Positions 40,305 to 51,776 of a stretch of DNA of 64,000 bases are shown here, one piece after another. How positions within the stretch are numbered: the first letter of the stretch is position 1; every line of letters starts with the position of its first letter. Position numbers and translations under genes: made by a program. Origin of the DNA: Coleofasciculus sp. B1-GNL1-01. Lineage in GTDB: Bacteria > Cyanobacteriota > Cyanobacteriia > Cyanobacteriales > Coleofasciculaceae. Where the stretch lies: assembly GCA_040220235.1 (NCBI GenBank), contig JAVJTO010000168.1; one strand, given 5' to 3'. The notes under the pieces are model-generated. The model saw only the letters and a program-made list of their open reading frames with translations, ran no database searches and was not told the DNA's origin.

Positions 40305-42233
40305 CTACTGTGATACCGTGGTTCGTGCCAAAACGCGATAAACATTCACCGTTTGCTGTTTTCCTTTCAAGGCTAAAGGTCCCCAAGATTCAACCTCAAA
40401 TTCCCCTTGCAGTTGATCTAGCGTTTGTTGACCAATGAGAATCCGACAGGGAGTCGGTTGACGCTGTTTCTCACAACTCTCTAGCCGGGAGGCAATATTA
40501 ACACTATCGCCAATTACGCCATATTCTAAACGGTCTTTGCCCCCTAAACTGCCCACCACAACAGGACCGGTAAAAATGCCAATCCGCATTTGAATCACCG
40601 GTAAACCTCGGCGTCGCCAATCTCGGTTCATCGACTCCAGGCGATCGCTAATTGCTAACGCACAGTCTACCGCCGCTTTCGCATCTTCAGCCACTTCAGT
40701 TCTGTGCAGGCGAGACATGGGGACACCAAACGCCACCATCACCCCATCCCCGGTAAACTTATTCACAATCCCCTGGCGCTGGAGGACTTCACGAGTCACC
40801 ACTCCCAGAATTTCATTTAACCATTCCAACAACGCCTCTGGGGTCATCTTTTCCGATATCGTACTGAAATCTTTGATATCGGCAAAAAACATCGTCGCGG
40901 TGAGGCGAATCCCCGGTAACTTGCCAGATTTTAGCAAGCGATCGCGACCTTGCCAAAGAGCCTGAGCGACTTCAGGCGAGGTATTCTGTCCCAACAGCTT
41001 CATTACAATGCGCTGCTGTTGATGGGCTTCGTAAGACCGATGAGTGACAAAAATTGCTACCGTTAACCCAAATCCGAATGCTGGCGCTGCAAACGGAACC
41101 CAGCCACCTTGAGTCAATAGGTAAAAACAAACACTGGATAACACCCCCAAACTACCCGTTACTCCAATAATTAACGCCAGGGGATGATACGTCACCCGCC
41201 CCAATATCCCCCCGATCGCAATCCAACCAATAATCCACAGGATTTCCGCCTGTTCTGACCAAAACCAGAATAAAGGACGCTCACCCGTCGCCGCATCCAG
41301 GAATTGGCTGACCATTTGAGCCTGCATTAAAACCCCAGGTATTTTCGCATTTTTTTCCAGGGCGGGACTAAAGGGTGTGGTAAATAAGTCTTTGAGACTG
41401 GGTGCAGTGGAACCAATAATCACAATCTTGTCCTCCACCCAACTCGGATCAACCTTTCCGGCTAAAACATCGGTTAAGGATACTTGTCGCGCCACCTGAT
41501 AAGGGGAACGATAATTGAGTAAGATTTGGAACCCGCCAACATCTGCGTTTTGATATCCCCCCGCATCTTCCGTTATAGGTGACAACACCGCCTCACCAAG
41601 CTGAGGAATATCTGGATTATCGGGACTAGGTTCCAGTTCAATCCCACGGGGTTCTAAATAGGCAAGTGCCAGAAGCAGGGAAAATGAGTAAAGGACATCA
41701 CTTTCATTTTCAGCAAACAAGTAGTTTCGACGAACCACATCGTCTGGGTCAAGGAGTATATCATTAAAACCGATGCGTTCCGGTGATACGTCTGGCGGCG
41801 GTGGCGTTCCGGCGCGGATATCAATATTCTGAATTGCAATTAAATTCGGTTGTTGCAGTTGTTCCACTAACTGCTGATGACCCGGTTCTACAGGAAGATT
41901 GCGATACAAATCTAGACCAATAACAGCGGGTTCAGCAGCTTGCAGTCGGCGTAATACCTGTGCTAAAACCTGATCCGAGATGGGCCACTGGTTTTGATTT
42001 TCTAGGTCTTGTTCTGTAATCGCGACAACCAAGATCCGAGGATCAGGTTCCGTTTCCAGAGGTCGCAGGCGGACAAACTGATCATACGCCGCCAGTTCTA
42101 GCGGTTCTAGTCCACCCAAGTGTCGCACGCCCAGAAGGGTAATGATCACAGCAATGGTTGAAACTCCCACGACTCGCAGATGTGCCAAATCGGGTAACGC
42201 CGTACTAACCGTTCGAGGAATGCGAAAAATCAT
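40305..42233 (-). CDS. CHASE2 adenylate/guanylate cyclase
   Basis: IGLDLYR, D.D..VRR, 3 TM, FADIKDFS, KFTGDG, GDSVNIASRLE. Confidence 0.93.
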   Translation of the reverse strand: MIFRIPRTVSTALPDLAHLRVVGVSTIAVIITLLGVRHLGGLEPLELAAYDQFVRLRPLETEPDPRILVVAITEQDLENQNQWPISDQVLAQVLRRLQAAEPAVIGLDLYRNLPVEPGHQQLVEQLQQPNLIAIQNIDIRAGTPPPPDVSPERIGFNDILLDPDDVVRRNYLFAENESDVLYSFSLLLALAYLEPRGIELEPSPDNPDIPQLGEAVLSPITEDAGGYQNADVGGFQILLNYRSPYQVARQVSLTDVLAGKVDPSWVEDKIVIIGSTAPSLKDLFTTPFSPALEKNAKIPGVLMQAQMVSQFLDAATGERPLFWFWSEQAEILWIIGWIAIGGILGRVTYHPLALIIGVTGSLGVLSSVCFYLLTQGGWVPFAAPAFGFGLTVAIFVTHRSYEAHQQQRIVMKLLGQNTSPEVAQALWQGRDRLLKSGKLPGIRLTATMFFADIKDFSTISEKMTPEALLEWLNEILGVVTREVLQRQGIVNKFTGDGVMVAFGVPMSRLHRTEVAEDAKAAVDCALAISDRLESMNRDWRRRGLPVIQMRIGIFTGPVVVGSLGGKDRLEYGVIGDSVNIASRLESCEKQRQPTPCRILIGQQTLDQLQGEFEVESWGPLALKGKQQTVNVYRVLARTTVSQ

Positions 42234-42505
42234 AGGGATAGATGTTTTAGCGTCTCAGAAGCCGCAGGACAGCTATACAGATATTACTCAAACCCGAAGA
42301 TGCCTAATTTTGTCCAACTGACTGTGGCAGCAAAGCCCTTTCCGCATTATGCCACTTTTCTGGTTTGTAGTAGGCACTTTAGTGCCTCAAGCGGGTCGAG
42401 CGCTGACTACTGACTCTTAAGCATAATATTTGATAGATAAGGGTTAGAGGGTTGTGCAGCAAGCCCTACTTATCAGTAGACATGATAATCTTTGAAATAT
42501 TTAAC

Positions 42506-43813
42506 TTAGCGATCGCGCTCTAAATCATCGATCACTTTTTGCAAGTACCAATTCTCTGGCATCCCCGGATATTTCTTCTTGGCTAACTCAATCAAACGCG
42601 CCGCAACATCCCAGTATCCCCCTACCATCCGCAGGAGTCGTTGTTGTAACTCTCGATCCACTCGCGCATTCGACCGAATTTGTCGTTCTTGATTGATAAA
42701 AATGTCTTTCCGATTCAGTTGAGCCGAGCGTTTTTTGAGTTCGGCTTCAGCTTTTGCCACTTGCTGCTTCTGCTGATTTAATGCCTGATGATACTTCTGC
42801 CAATCCTGTTTCTCAAAATACAGATTCGCCGCTTGTTGATAATCATCCGCCGCGCCTTGATAATCCTGAAAATCAGCACGCGCCGCCGCCCGATGATAAT
42901 AGATTTGCGGATCATTCGGCTGAATTGTTAACCCTCGTGAATAGTCCTCAATTCCTTGGCGATAATCGCCCAGTTTTGAGTAAGCTTGACCCCGACAGAC
43001 ATAATATTGGGAATTGTCAGGTTGTATTTCAAGTAACTGGGTAAAATCCGCGATCGCCCCCCGATAGTCGCCCAGTTCAATGCGAACCCGCCCCCGATAG
43101 TGACGAACTTGGATATCATTGGGATCAAGCTGCATGGCTCGACCGAGGTCTTCCATCGCTCCTTTTAAATTCCCCAATTTGCTACGAATAATTCCCCGAT
43201 AACAATAGGCTCTAGCATCATTGGGCGCAACGTGCAGCAGCCATTGGCAATCCTCTAAGGCTTCCCGATGCTTTCCCCGTTGTAGCTTGTTGATAACTTG
43301 AGTCAAATACTTTTGCGTCTCAGCCGCACTCGCCGCCTGGATTTGCGCTGCCTGAATTTGCTTGATACTCTCTAGGCAACTCTGGCAATTGTCTTTATCT
43401 TTCTGGTCTAGATACAGTTTAGCCGCTTGTTTAAAGGATGCGATCGCCTCTTTCGTCTTCCCCAACCGACGGTAGGCTGTCCCTTGTAGTTTATACGCCG
43501 CCCCCTGATTCCCATCAATCTGGAGAACCTGTTGAGCATCTTCTAGGGAACTCTGAGCCTCTCCCTGCGCCAAGTGAGCCAAACTGCGCCCCAAATAACT
43601 ATCCAGATGTTCAGGATTCACCTGTAGCGCCTGGGAATAATCCGCGATCGCACTTTGACAATCCCCTAAATCAAAACGAGCCAATCCCCGTCTGTAGTAA
43701 GCCTCGGCAAATTCTGGATTAATCTGCAACGCTTGCTCAAACTCCTGAATCGCTCCCTCTAAATCGCCCTGTTGCGCCTTCTCGCGCCCGCGCTCGTAAA
43801 ATTCCTGCTCCAT
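42506..43813 (-). CDS. TPR repeat protein
   Basis: Repeated AYY.RG...LGD...AI.DY.QAL units. Confidence 0.9.
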   Translation of the reverse strand: MEQEFYERGREKAQQGDLEGAIQEFEQALQINPEFAEAYYRRGLARFDLGDCQSAIADYSQALQVNPEHLDSYLGRSLAHLAQGEAQSSLEDAQQVLQIDGNQGAAYKLQGTAYRRLGKTKEAIASFKQAAKLYLDQKDKDNCQSCLESIKQIQAAQIQAASAAETQKYLTQVINKLQRGKHREALEDCQWLLHVAPNDARAYCYRGIIRSKLGNLKGAMEDLGRAMQLDPNDIQVRHYRGRVRIELGDYRGAIADFTQLLEIQPDNSQYYVCRGQAYSKLGDYRQGIEDYSRGLTIQPNDPQIYYHRAAARADFQDYQGAADDYQQAANLYFEKQDWQKYHQALNQQKQQVAKAEAELKKRSAQLNRKDIFINQERQIRSNARVDRELQQRLLRMVGGYWDVAARLIELAKKKYPGMPENWYLQKVIDDLERDR

Positions 43814-44103
43814 TGCCCACGTCCAACTCGTTTATGCGATCGCCAGTTGTCTTGTCAATCATGATAACCTCATTGCTGATCGTGTTTCCATTTGAGTCGT
43901 TAACACAGCAATGGGGCAAAAAGGCAATAAGTAGATGGACACAATTAAAGTTAACGGTGGTGATTGTCATTCGTCATTCGTCATTCGTCATTTGTAAGGA
44001 TTTAAGGTGCAGATAACTCATGGAGTACAGTAATCTGTGTTTTAAAACATCAATTATACCTAGCATAACGGTGAAGTTGTAGGGTGGGCATTGCCCACCA
44101 GAC

Positions 44104-44178
44104 TTAAGTCGGTGACATTCCAATTAAGTCAATCAACACCAAATAGAATAACAGTGAAATATCTGAGACAACTGCCAT
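44104..44178 (-). pseudogene. Truncated DUF3368-like PIN toxin N-terminus
   Basis: TAATG overlap with the UPF0175 stop; MAVVSDISLLFYLVLID then stop at a REP. Confidence 0.65.
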
Positions 44179-44459
44179 TAACTTTCTGGTGTCTCCTGAG
44201 TCATTAGTTTTTCCATCCTTAATAAATCCTGCTCAAAATCAGCTTCATCATAATGTAAATAGGCTCCTGCTTGTTTGAGAAAACTATCCACCTCATAACG
44301 CGAAGGAAGGTTGAGTATTCTTCCCACTTGCGCCGAAGTAATTACTCCCTGACGGTAAGCTTCAATGGCTAAACACTCCACGACTTTTCCAGGAACTTTA
44401 TTCCACTTCTCCTGGATTGTGTTGACAATTTCATCGGGTAAATGGATGGTAATTTGCAC
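44178..44459 (-). CDS. UPF0175 family antitoxin
   Basis: LAIEAYRQG.IT..QV.R.L....R.EV..FL. Confidence 0.82.
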   Translation of the reverse strand: MQITIHLPDEIVNTIQEKWNKVPGKVVECLAIEAYRQGVITSAQVGRILNLPSRYEVDSFLKQAGAYLHYDEADFEQDLLRMEKLMTQETPES

Positions 44460-44680
44460 AGAACATCCTCCAGTTTCTCAAGTTTGGCTTAGGCGACAAC
44501 GTAGAATCCTCGACTCGACAAGCACTAAGCTGTTTGACATTTAAACCTTAATGCCAATGTCTGTAATGGCTTTCATTGATGTGCGCCCGATTCAATGGTC
44601 ACACGTAATCCATCATTTTAGCTGTGTCAATCCAGTAGGTTGGGTTGACCAAGGAAACCCAACAGATTCGGCGATAGACG

Positions 44681-44800
44681 CTAGTGCAGCGTGGCGGAAA
44701 TAACTATCCAGTTGAAAAAGGTGCTTTCATCTTACTGTACAAGCGTTCTTACCGTCTGCCTCCTGCCTCCTGCCTCCTGCCTCCTGCCTTCTTGCACTAG
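44681..44800. mobile_element. MITE-like element CTAGTGCA...TGCACTAG with CTGCCTC heptamers
   Basis: Inverted termini; matching end near 48115-48137. Confidence 0.6.
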
Positions 44801-44865
44801 CACAGATGAGGCAACCCAGAGACAGTGTGTAAGATATAAAAAGAGATAAAACTTAAAAAAAGTTC

Positions 44866-46329
44866 ATGATTGTGTCCGCCTCTGGCTTCGATCGCGTTAA
44901 ACAAGCCGTTAAAGATAAAGTCTTTTTTGGCAATGAACCCACACCGGAGTTGATTGCCATCCTCATCGTCTATTTTGTCCAGGGTATCCTGGGGCTAGCC
45001 CGTTTAGCGATTAGCTTCTTCCTTAAAGACGAACTCGGTTTAAGTCCCGCCCAAGTCTCGGCGCTAATTGGGATTGCGGCGTTACCTTGGGTGATTAAAC
45101 CCCTATTTGGCTTTCTTTCCGACGGACTCCCCTTATTTGGCTATCGTCGCCGCCCTTATCTGGTGCTGTCAGGTTTGATGGGAACAACCGCGTGGTTAAG
45201 TTTGGCAACGGTAGTTGATACAGCTTGGGCGGCAACCCTTGCCATTCTCCTAAGTTCCCTCTCCGTGGCGATTAGTGATGTCATCGTAGACTCGTTGGTG
45301 GTAGAACGGGCAAGACGGGAATCATTAAGCGATTCCGGTTCCCTGCAATCCCTGACGTGGGGAACCTCTGCTGTCGGGGGAGTGATTACCGCGTATCTGA
45401 GTGGTTGGCTGCTGGAGGCGTTCAACACCCAAACTGTTTTTGGCATTACCGCTACTTTCCCTCTACTCGTCTCTGGTGTGGCGTGGTTAATTGCTGAAGA
45501 ATCCGTTAGTTCGGGGATAAACACCGCCACCGTCACCAACCAAATCAAGCAATTGCGTCATGCGGTGACTCAAAAAGCCATCTGGCTACCCACGGCGTTT
45601 ATTTTTCTCTGGCAAGCCACACCCACCGCCGATTCAGCCTTTTTCTTCTTCTCCACCAATGAACTCGGATTTGAACCAGAATTTTTAGGGCGAGTGCGTT
45701 TAGTCACCAGTTTGGCGTCTTTGGTGGGGGTTTGGGTCTTTCAACGCTTTTTAAAGGGCATCCCTTTCCGCACGATTATGGGATGGACAACTGTCCTGTC
45801 GGCTGTGTTGGGGATGACAACTCTCATCCTGGTTACCCATGCGAATCGGGCGTTAGGCATTGATGATCACTGGTTTAGTTTAGGCGACAGTCTGATTCTG
45901 ACGGTGATTGGACAGATTACGTTTATGCCCGTACTTGTCCTTTCAGCCAGACTCTGCCCGTCGGGAGTTGAAGCCACTTTGTTTGCCTTGCTGATGTCAA
46001 TATGGAATTTATCGGGATTGTTATCTCATGAATTGGGGGCGTTATTAACCCATTGGCTAGGGGTGACAGAACATAACTTTGATCGCCTGTGGTTATTACT
46101 GACGATTACCAACCTCTCTAGCTTATTACCCTTACCCTTCTTAGGGTGGTTACCGACGGCTGATCCACAAACTGAAATTAAAGGCGAAACAGAGTCTAAA
46201 TCATTACCGCCAGCAGAAGTATTTGAACATCATACGTCGGGTTCTCTCTCCGAACAGCCATTCCTACCCGATGTTGTGCCAGAGTTTATCCGGACTCGCA
46301 TGGGTCAAAAGCCTGTGGAAGAGTCGTAA
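44866..46329 (+). CDS. Folate/biopterin family MFS transporter
   Basis: YFVQG, LPW.IKPLFG.LSD, GYRRRPY, CP.GVEATLFA. Confidence 0.92.
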   Translation: MIVSASGFDRVKQAVKDKVFFGNEPTPELIAILIVYFVQGILGLARLAISFFLKDELGLSPAQVSALIGIAALPWVIKPLFGFLSDGLPLFGYRRRPYLVLSGLMGTTAWLSLATVVDTAWAATLAILLSSLSVAISDVIVDSLVVERARRESLSDSGSLQSLTWGTSAVGGVITAYLSGWLLEAFNTQTVFGITATFPLLVSGVAWLIAEESVSSGINTATVTNQIKQLRHAVTQKAIWLPTAFIFLWQATPTADSAFFFFSTNELGFEPEFLGRVRLVTSLASLVGVWVFQRFLKGIPFRTIMGWTTVLSAVLGMTTLILVTHANRALGIDDHWFSLGDSLILTVIGQITFMPVLVLSARLCPSGVEATLFALLMSIWNLSGLLSHELGALLTHWLGVTEHNFDRLWLLLTITNLSSLLPLPFLGWLPTADPQTEIKGETESKSLPPAEVFEHHTSGSLSEQPFLPDVVPEFIRTRMGQKPVEES

Positions 46330-46330
46330 T

Positions 46331-46378
46331 TTGTCATTCGTCATTCGTCATTCGTCATTCGTCATTCGTCATTTGTCA
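46331..46378. repeat. Heptamer tandem repeat (TTCGTCA)n
   Basis: Seen directly; similar runs near 30575, 43966 and 47950. Confidence 0.9.
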
Positions 46379-46457
46379 GTAGTGAGGACTTTAGTCTTCT
46401 GGTTAGAGGCGCTAAAGCGCTTACTACAAACACGATTAAATAAAGAGGGAATAAACA

Positions 46458-47939
46458 ATGATTGCAACAGAACAAGTTTTAAAATCAAAGTCTTCACTGT
46501 CTTATGACCGCGAAGGATGGAAACAGGGATATCAATCCCAGCCCAATGAATATGATTACTGGATTGAGGACATTGAAGGGGAAATTCCGCCAGCGCTGAA
46601 TGGCACATTGTTTCGCAATGGTCCGGGTTTACTGGATGTCCATGGTCAACCCCTGCATCACCCCTTTGATGGCGATGGTATGATCTGTGCGATCGCCTTT
46701 GATCAAGGTCGTGCTTATTTCCGCAATCGCTTTGTCCGTACTGAAGGCTTTCTCAAAGAACAAGACGCCGGAAAAATGCTGTATCGCGGTGTTTTTGGTA
46801 CGCAGAAGCCCGGAGGCTGGCTGGCGAATGCGTTTGATATTGATATCAAAAATATCGCTAACACGAATGTGATTTACTGGGGCGGGAAATTATTGGCTCT
46901 TTGGGAAGCGGCGGAACCCTATCGGTTAGATCCCCAAACCTTAGAAACCCTAGGGAAAGACACTCTAGATGGTATTTTGGCAGAAGGCGAAGCGTTTGGC
47001 GCTCATCCTTGGATTGACCCAAGCTGTAATCAAGATGGCGGTGCGCCTTGTTTGGTGAATTTTGCGATTAAACCGGGTTTTTCTACTAAAATCACCATTT
47101 ATGAACTGGATGCAGCCGGGAAATTGAAACGGCGTAAAAGTCACACGGTTCCGGGTTTTGCTTTCATCCATGACTTTGCGATTACGTCGAATTACTGCAT
47201 CTTTTTCCAAAATCCTGTCACCTATAATCCCGTTCCCTTCCTCCTGGGATTAAAAGGGGCGGGTCAATGTGTAAACTTTAAACCCAATGCACCGACTCGG
47301 ATTTTAGTGATTCCGCGTCATGGTAATGAACCGATGCAAGTTCTGGAATCTGAGGCTGGGTTTATTTTTCACCATGCGAATGCTTTTGAGCAAGGAGAGC
47401 AAATTTGTGTGGATTCGATTTGCTATGAGTCGTTAACTCAAGTGGAACCGGAGATAGATTATCGGGATGTGGATTTTGATGCGATCGCGCCGGGACAACT
47501 GTTTCGGTTTACACTGAATTTAGCGGATTCTACGGTACAACGACAGCGACTATTAGAACGTTCCTGTGAGTTTCCCTGTGTTCATCCCGATCACGTTGGA
47601 CGCCCTTACCGTTATGTGTACATGGGAGTGACTCATCATCCCACCGGAAATGCTCCACTTCAAGCCATTGCTAAGTTTGATGTTACGACAGGAGAGGAAC
47701 AAATTTGGAGTGCAGCCCCCCATGGCTTTGTCAGCGAACCGATTTTTGTTCCCCATCCTGAAGCGAAGCGAGAAGATCAGGGTTGGGTGTTGACGTTGGT
47801 GTATGATTCGAGTCATCATCGCTCTGATGTGGTGATTTTAGACAGTCGAGATTTCAGCCAAGGCGCGATCGCCCGACTGCATTTGTCGCACCATATTCCT
47901 TATGGATTGCACGGAAGCTGGACTTCGACAGTCTTTTAA
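46458..47939 (+). CDS. Carotenoid/apocarotenoid oxygenase
   Basis: RNGPG, HPFDGDG, four His ligands (AHP, IHDF, FHHAN, GLHG), EFP, SEP. Confidence 0.93.
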   Translation: MIATEQVLKSKSSLSYDREGWKQGYQSQPNEYDYWIEDIEGEIPPALNGTLFRNGPGLLDVHGQPLHHPFDGDGMICAIAFDQGRAYFRNRFVRTEGFLKEQDAGKMLYRGVFGTQKPGGWLANAFDIDIKNIANTNVIYWGGKLLALWEAAEPYRLDPQTLETLGKDTLDGILAEGEAFGAHPWIDPSCNQDGGAPCLVNFAIKPGFSTKITIYELDAAGKLKRRKSHTVPGFAFIHDFAITSNYCIFFQNPVTYNPVPFLLGLKGAGQCVNFKPNAPTRILVIPRHGNEPMQVLESEAGFIFHHANAFEQGEQICVDSICYESLTQVEPEIDYRDVDFDAIAPGQLFRFTLNLADSTVQRQRLLERSCEFPCVHPDHVGRPYRYVYMGVTHHPTGNAPLQAIAKFDVTTGEEQIWSAAPHGFVSEPIFVPHPEAKREDQGWVLTLVYDSSHHRSDVVILDSRDFSQGAIARLHLSHHIPYGLHGSWTSTVF

Positions 47940-48377
47940 GATTATTTATTGGTCATTGGTCATTGGTCATTGGTCATTTCATCGGGGCGGGTTTTGCAAC
48001 CCAGCTAGGGATAACAATCAATATTAATCCCTAAACCCGCCCCTACACACAGACGCGCCATGGCACGTCTCTACATGGCTCCCCCAGATCCTCCACACCT
48101 ACAAAGCTGCTCAAATATTTCCGTCGCGTTGCACTAGGGTTCAATCGCTTAAAATTATGAATGTCCATAGCTAATCTTATTGTCCAAAATTTAACCAAAC
48201 CCAAAACAGGTTAAAACAAAATCTGGACGATACCGATTCTTAGATCAGCCGATGTACATTTAAATTGGATATTTCTGTTCCCTATTCCCCATTCCCTGTT
48301 CCCGTTGAGGAATTTAGACATCCTGATCTAAATGCTGGACAGCTAATCGAGGCAAAATAATTTTGGTGGAGAAGGGT

Positions 48378-49361
48378 ATGAAATTTAGCATCGTCATCAC
48401 GACTCATAATCGCCTCACTTTGCTCAAGCGAGCAATGGACAGCGCGTTAGCTCAAACGATACCGTGCGAAGTAATTGTGGTGGATGATGGATCGTCTGAT
48501 GGTACAGAGATTTATGTCCAACAGCGACGGAAAGAACTCTTGGACATGGGTAACACCCGTTTAATTTATCACCGAAATTCGACGAATTTGGGTCACTCAG
48601 GAACGGTTAATCAGGGTGTAGCATTGGCGACAGGAGACTGGGTAAAACTGGTGGATGATGACGACTACCTTGCCCCGAATTGTATTGAAGAAATGGGGAA
48701 GGCGATCGCCGGACGTCCAGAGGCTGTCATTTGCTCCTGTCGAGCCATTCAGGTCAATGAGAATAAGACAGAAATCAGCAGAAGTCGGCAGGTTGGCAAG
48801 GGAACACTTGTATATATTCCCCAAGCCGAGATTCATTACGCTATGCTGTTGGAACTCTTGCCATTTGGTACGCCTGTACAAGTAGCCTTTTCTCGTTCAG
48901 CTTTCCTGAAGTCAGGAGGATGGGATACCCAATTTGATACGAATTATGATGATATTGATTCCTGGATTAAAATTACCCAGTTTGGTGATGCTATTTTTAT
49001 AAATAAATGTCTGGCTTACCGCACTATTTGGCAAGGTTCATTTAACAGCAAATTTACTTTTGATCAACGTCTGGAAATCAACTTAATTATCAAAGAAAAG
49101 ATTTATTTATGTATCAGTCCAAAATATCGTTATACTTTACCAGAACTGTCAGAGATTAAGTCATCTATAAAAATTCATTGGGTATTTGCTGCCCTAAAAA
49201 AAAGAAAATTTGTCAGCGCAGCGAGAATTTGGCTAAAAACGGATTTATCTATAGCGGCTGTACGGTTATTTTTAAAACGAATTATTGCCAGAAATTGTTT
49301 AGATGAATTATTAAAAGAGTCTCAGGCAACGCCCATTTTATTAGTGCGTGAACATAACTGA
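48378..49361 (+). CDS. Glycosyltransferase family 2
   Basis: SIVITTHNR, VVDDGSSD, DDDD; start taken at MKFSIV. Confidence 0.9.
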   Translation: MKFSIVITTHNRLTLLKRAMDSALAQTIPCEVIVVDDGSSDGTEIYVQQRRKELLDMGNTRLIYHRNSTNLGHSGTVNQGVALATGDWVKLVDDDDYLAPNCIEEMGKAIAGRPEAVICSCRAIQVNENKTEISRSRQVGKGTLVYIPQAEIHYAMLLELLPFGTPVQVAFSRSAFLKSGGWDTQFDTNYDDIDSWIKITQFGDAIFINKCLAYRTIWQGSFNSKFTFDQRLEINLIIKEKIYLCISPKYRYTLPELSEIKSSIKIHWVFAALKKRKFVSAARIWLKTDLSIAAVRLFLKRIIARNCLDELLKESQATPILLVREHN

Positions 49362-49510
49362 ATGATTTAAACGTAAAGGGAACTCCAGGAAGCAAGTGCG
49401 ACCGTATCTGCCCTAACCCAGACAAAATCCATAACAATGGGCAAGGGTTTTGATGTAAAATCAATAGTCCGCAGTCAAACGAAAATGCTTGTAGCAAGGG
49501 AGATGCTTCT

Positions 49511-50503
49511 ATGACCCGGATGTATTACGATGCAGATGCTAACTTAGACCTACTCACTGATAAAACAATTGCAATTATCGGTTATGGGTCTCAAGGTCAC
49601 GCCCACGCCCTGAATCTCAAAGAGAGTGGCATTAAGGTGATTGTGGGTCTGTATCCGGGCAGCAAGTCGGTGGCGAAAGCGGAGTCAGCCGGATTAACGG
49701 TTCATTCGGTTGCTGACGCGGCGAAAGCGGCGGATGTGATTATGATTTTGCTACCGGATGAGGTGCAGAAAACGGTATACACCGAAGAAATTGCCCCGCA
49801 TCTGAAAGAAGGGAATATCCTTGCCTTTGCCCATGGGTTTAATATTCACTTTGGTCAAGTCGTTCCCCCACCTGATGTAGATGTAATCATGGTGGCACCC
49901 AAAGGACCAGGGCATTTAGTGCGACGGACTTACGAACAAGGAGAAGGTGTTCCTTGCCTCTTTGCCGTGTATCAGGATGCCACAGGTCAAGCTCGCGATC
50001 GCGCTATGGCGTATGCTAAAGGAATTGGTGGGACTCGTGCGGGTATTTTAGAAACCAGCTTCCGGGAAGAAACGGAAACCGATTTATTTGGTGAACAAGC
50101 CGTGTTATGTGGGGGGTTGAGTGCTTTAATTAAAGCCGGATTTGAAACCTTAGTCGCAGCGGGTTATCAGCCAGAGTTGGCGTATTTTGAGTGTCTCCAC
50201 GAAGTCAAGTTGATTGTGGATTTGATTGTGGAAGGCGGACTCGCTAATATGCGCGATAGTATCTCTAATACTGCTGAATATGGCGATTATACCCGTGGAT
50301 CTCGCATCGTTAATGACCAAACCCGCGCCGAGATGCGGAAAATCCTGCAAGAAATTCAGTCGGGTCAATTTGCTCGTGAGTTTGTGTTAGAAAATCAGTC
50401 AGGCAAACCCGGATTTACAGCCATGCGACGTCAGGAAGCTGAACATCCTGTAGAGGAAGTGGGTAAAGATTTACGGGCAATGTTTAGCTGGTTGAAGAAG
50501 TAG
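49511..50503 (+). CDS. ilvC: Ketol-acid reductoisomerase
   Basis: [24 protein letters not shown]. Confidence 0.98.
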   Translation: MTRMYYDADANLDLLTDKTIAIIGYGSQGHAHALNLKESGIKVIVGLYPGSKSVAKAESAGLTVHSVADAAKAADVIMILLPDEVQKTVYTEEIAPHLKEGNILAFAHGFNIHFGQVVPPPDVDVIMVAPKGPGHLVRRTYEQGEGVPCLFAVYQDATGQARDRAMAYAKGIGGTRAGILETSFREETETDLFGEQAVLCGGLSALIKAGFETLVAAGYQPELAYFECLHEVKLIVDLIVEGGLANMRDSISNTAEYGDYTRGSRIVNDQTRAEMRKILQEIQSGQFAREFVLENQSGKPGFTAMRRQEAEHPVEEVGKDLRAMFSWLKK

Positions 50504-50524
50504 TTATTGGTCATTTGTCATTGG

Positions 50525-50725
50525 TCATTTGTCCTTTGTTAATACTTCCGTTAAGCGATCATTGATTATCTCATAACGTTTATTACCCAGTCTAAATAAA
50601 ATTACGCTGGGTAATGTTTCCTCACTCACTGCCAACAAATAACCAAAATCTAAATCAACAGTTAAAAGAATTGTCCAACGCCCAAGAGCTTTTACGAGAA
50701 TTTCATCATCAGTTAATCGTTCCAA
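50525..50725 (-). pseudogene. DUF5615 (PIN-like) toxin fragment
   Basis: D.EIL.KA...ILLT.DLDFG...PSVILFR; N-terminus absent, C-terminus runs into a heptamer repeat. Confidence 0.7.
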
Positions 50726-50897
50726 ACCAGGGTAAGCTCATCTAATTTAGTATAAATTGTACTTGACAAAAGTCAGGGTTATTGTATACGAAAAGGAGAG
50801 CGATCGCGCATCCCAGAAGGGGCTATTCTTTAGGTGTTGAGGCATCCAGTCCCCTGTTCTGAATTCCCCGTCAGTTTAACTGTTTCTATCGTAACGA

Positions 50898-51776
50898 TTA
50901 CTCGCTTTTCTTTTGCTTTCTAGAATGCTCTCGCTTAAGCAGACCTCCAATGCCTAGGGCTGTTGCTGAACCAAGGATTGTGAGAGGTTCAGGAACTGGT
51001 ACAACGTTGTGCAATCCAACAGCATAGACTATATCAGCGTCAAGTTTATCAGTCGCGTATTCAGAGCCTAAAGGACTCGTTAGGATATCGTATCCTCCGC
51101 TATCTCCCGGAGACAAAAGATTCCCCTCGCCGCTTGGATCATCCACCAAATCCACACCAGTTACGGCTTCTGAGTTAAAAAGATTGCCAATGGAGATCGC
51201 GCTAATTAAATCCCCTGATTCTAAGCCAAAGTCATCAAGATTGAACGCTGTGCCGAAAACCAAGTGATTGGGATCAAAGCTATCCGCAAACTCATAACGT
51301 CTTGTCCGGAATTCGCTTTCACCATATTTAAGTACCGACACGCTAAATCCTTCTGGTGCGCCTGAATTGCCTGACTCATAGATGACGAAATCATCCCCAG
51401 CCAAATTGGGTAATAACAGATTGTCCCAAGTTAGTTTAATTGTTGCACGATCCTGATTGGGGACAATAAGACTACCATTACTATCCGGAAAAGGGACTAT
51501 GGACGAGTAGGCGGGATTAGGATTATATCCCAGTAATTGACCAACACTTTGACTGGGATCAAATTTTGTCAAACCTTGACCAAAAGGAGTGATAAACGCC
51601 GCCTCCTCCATAGAACCTTGAACAATCTCAGCCGTCGAAACTGAATTTGCTTGATTCCAGGAGAAGCCCCCTACCGTAAAGGTAGCTGCTTCAGCGGAAT
51701 TGGAGGTTGATAGCTCTAAAACCGTTAACGCGGTGAGGGCTAAACCTAACCTGTACAAATGCTTTTCATTTGTCAT
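50898..51776 (-). CDS. PEP-CTERM sorting domain protein
   Basis: Signal peptide (AEA-A); VPEPLTILG + TM + basic tail. Confidence 0.9.
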   Translation of the reverse strand: MTNEKHLYRLGLALTALTVLELSTSNSAEAATFTVGGFSWNQANSVSTAEIVQGSMEEAAFITPFGQGLTKFDPSQSVGQLLGYNPNPAYSSIVPFPDSNGSLIVPNQDRATIKLTWDNLLLPNLAGDDFVIYESGNSGAPEGFSVSVLKYGESEFRTRRYEFADSFDPNHLVFGTAFNLDDFGLESGDLISAISIGNLFNSEAVTGVDLVDDPSGEGNLLSPGDSGGYDILTSPLGSEYATDKLDADIVYAVGLHNVVPVPEPLTILGSATALGIGGLLKREHSRKQKKSE

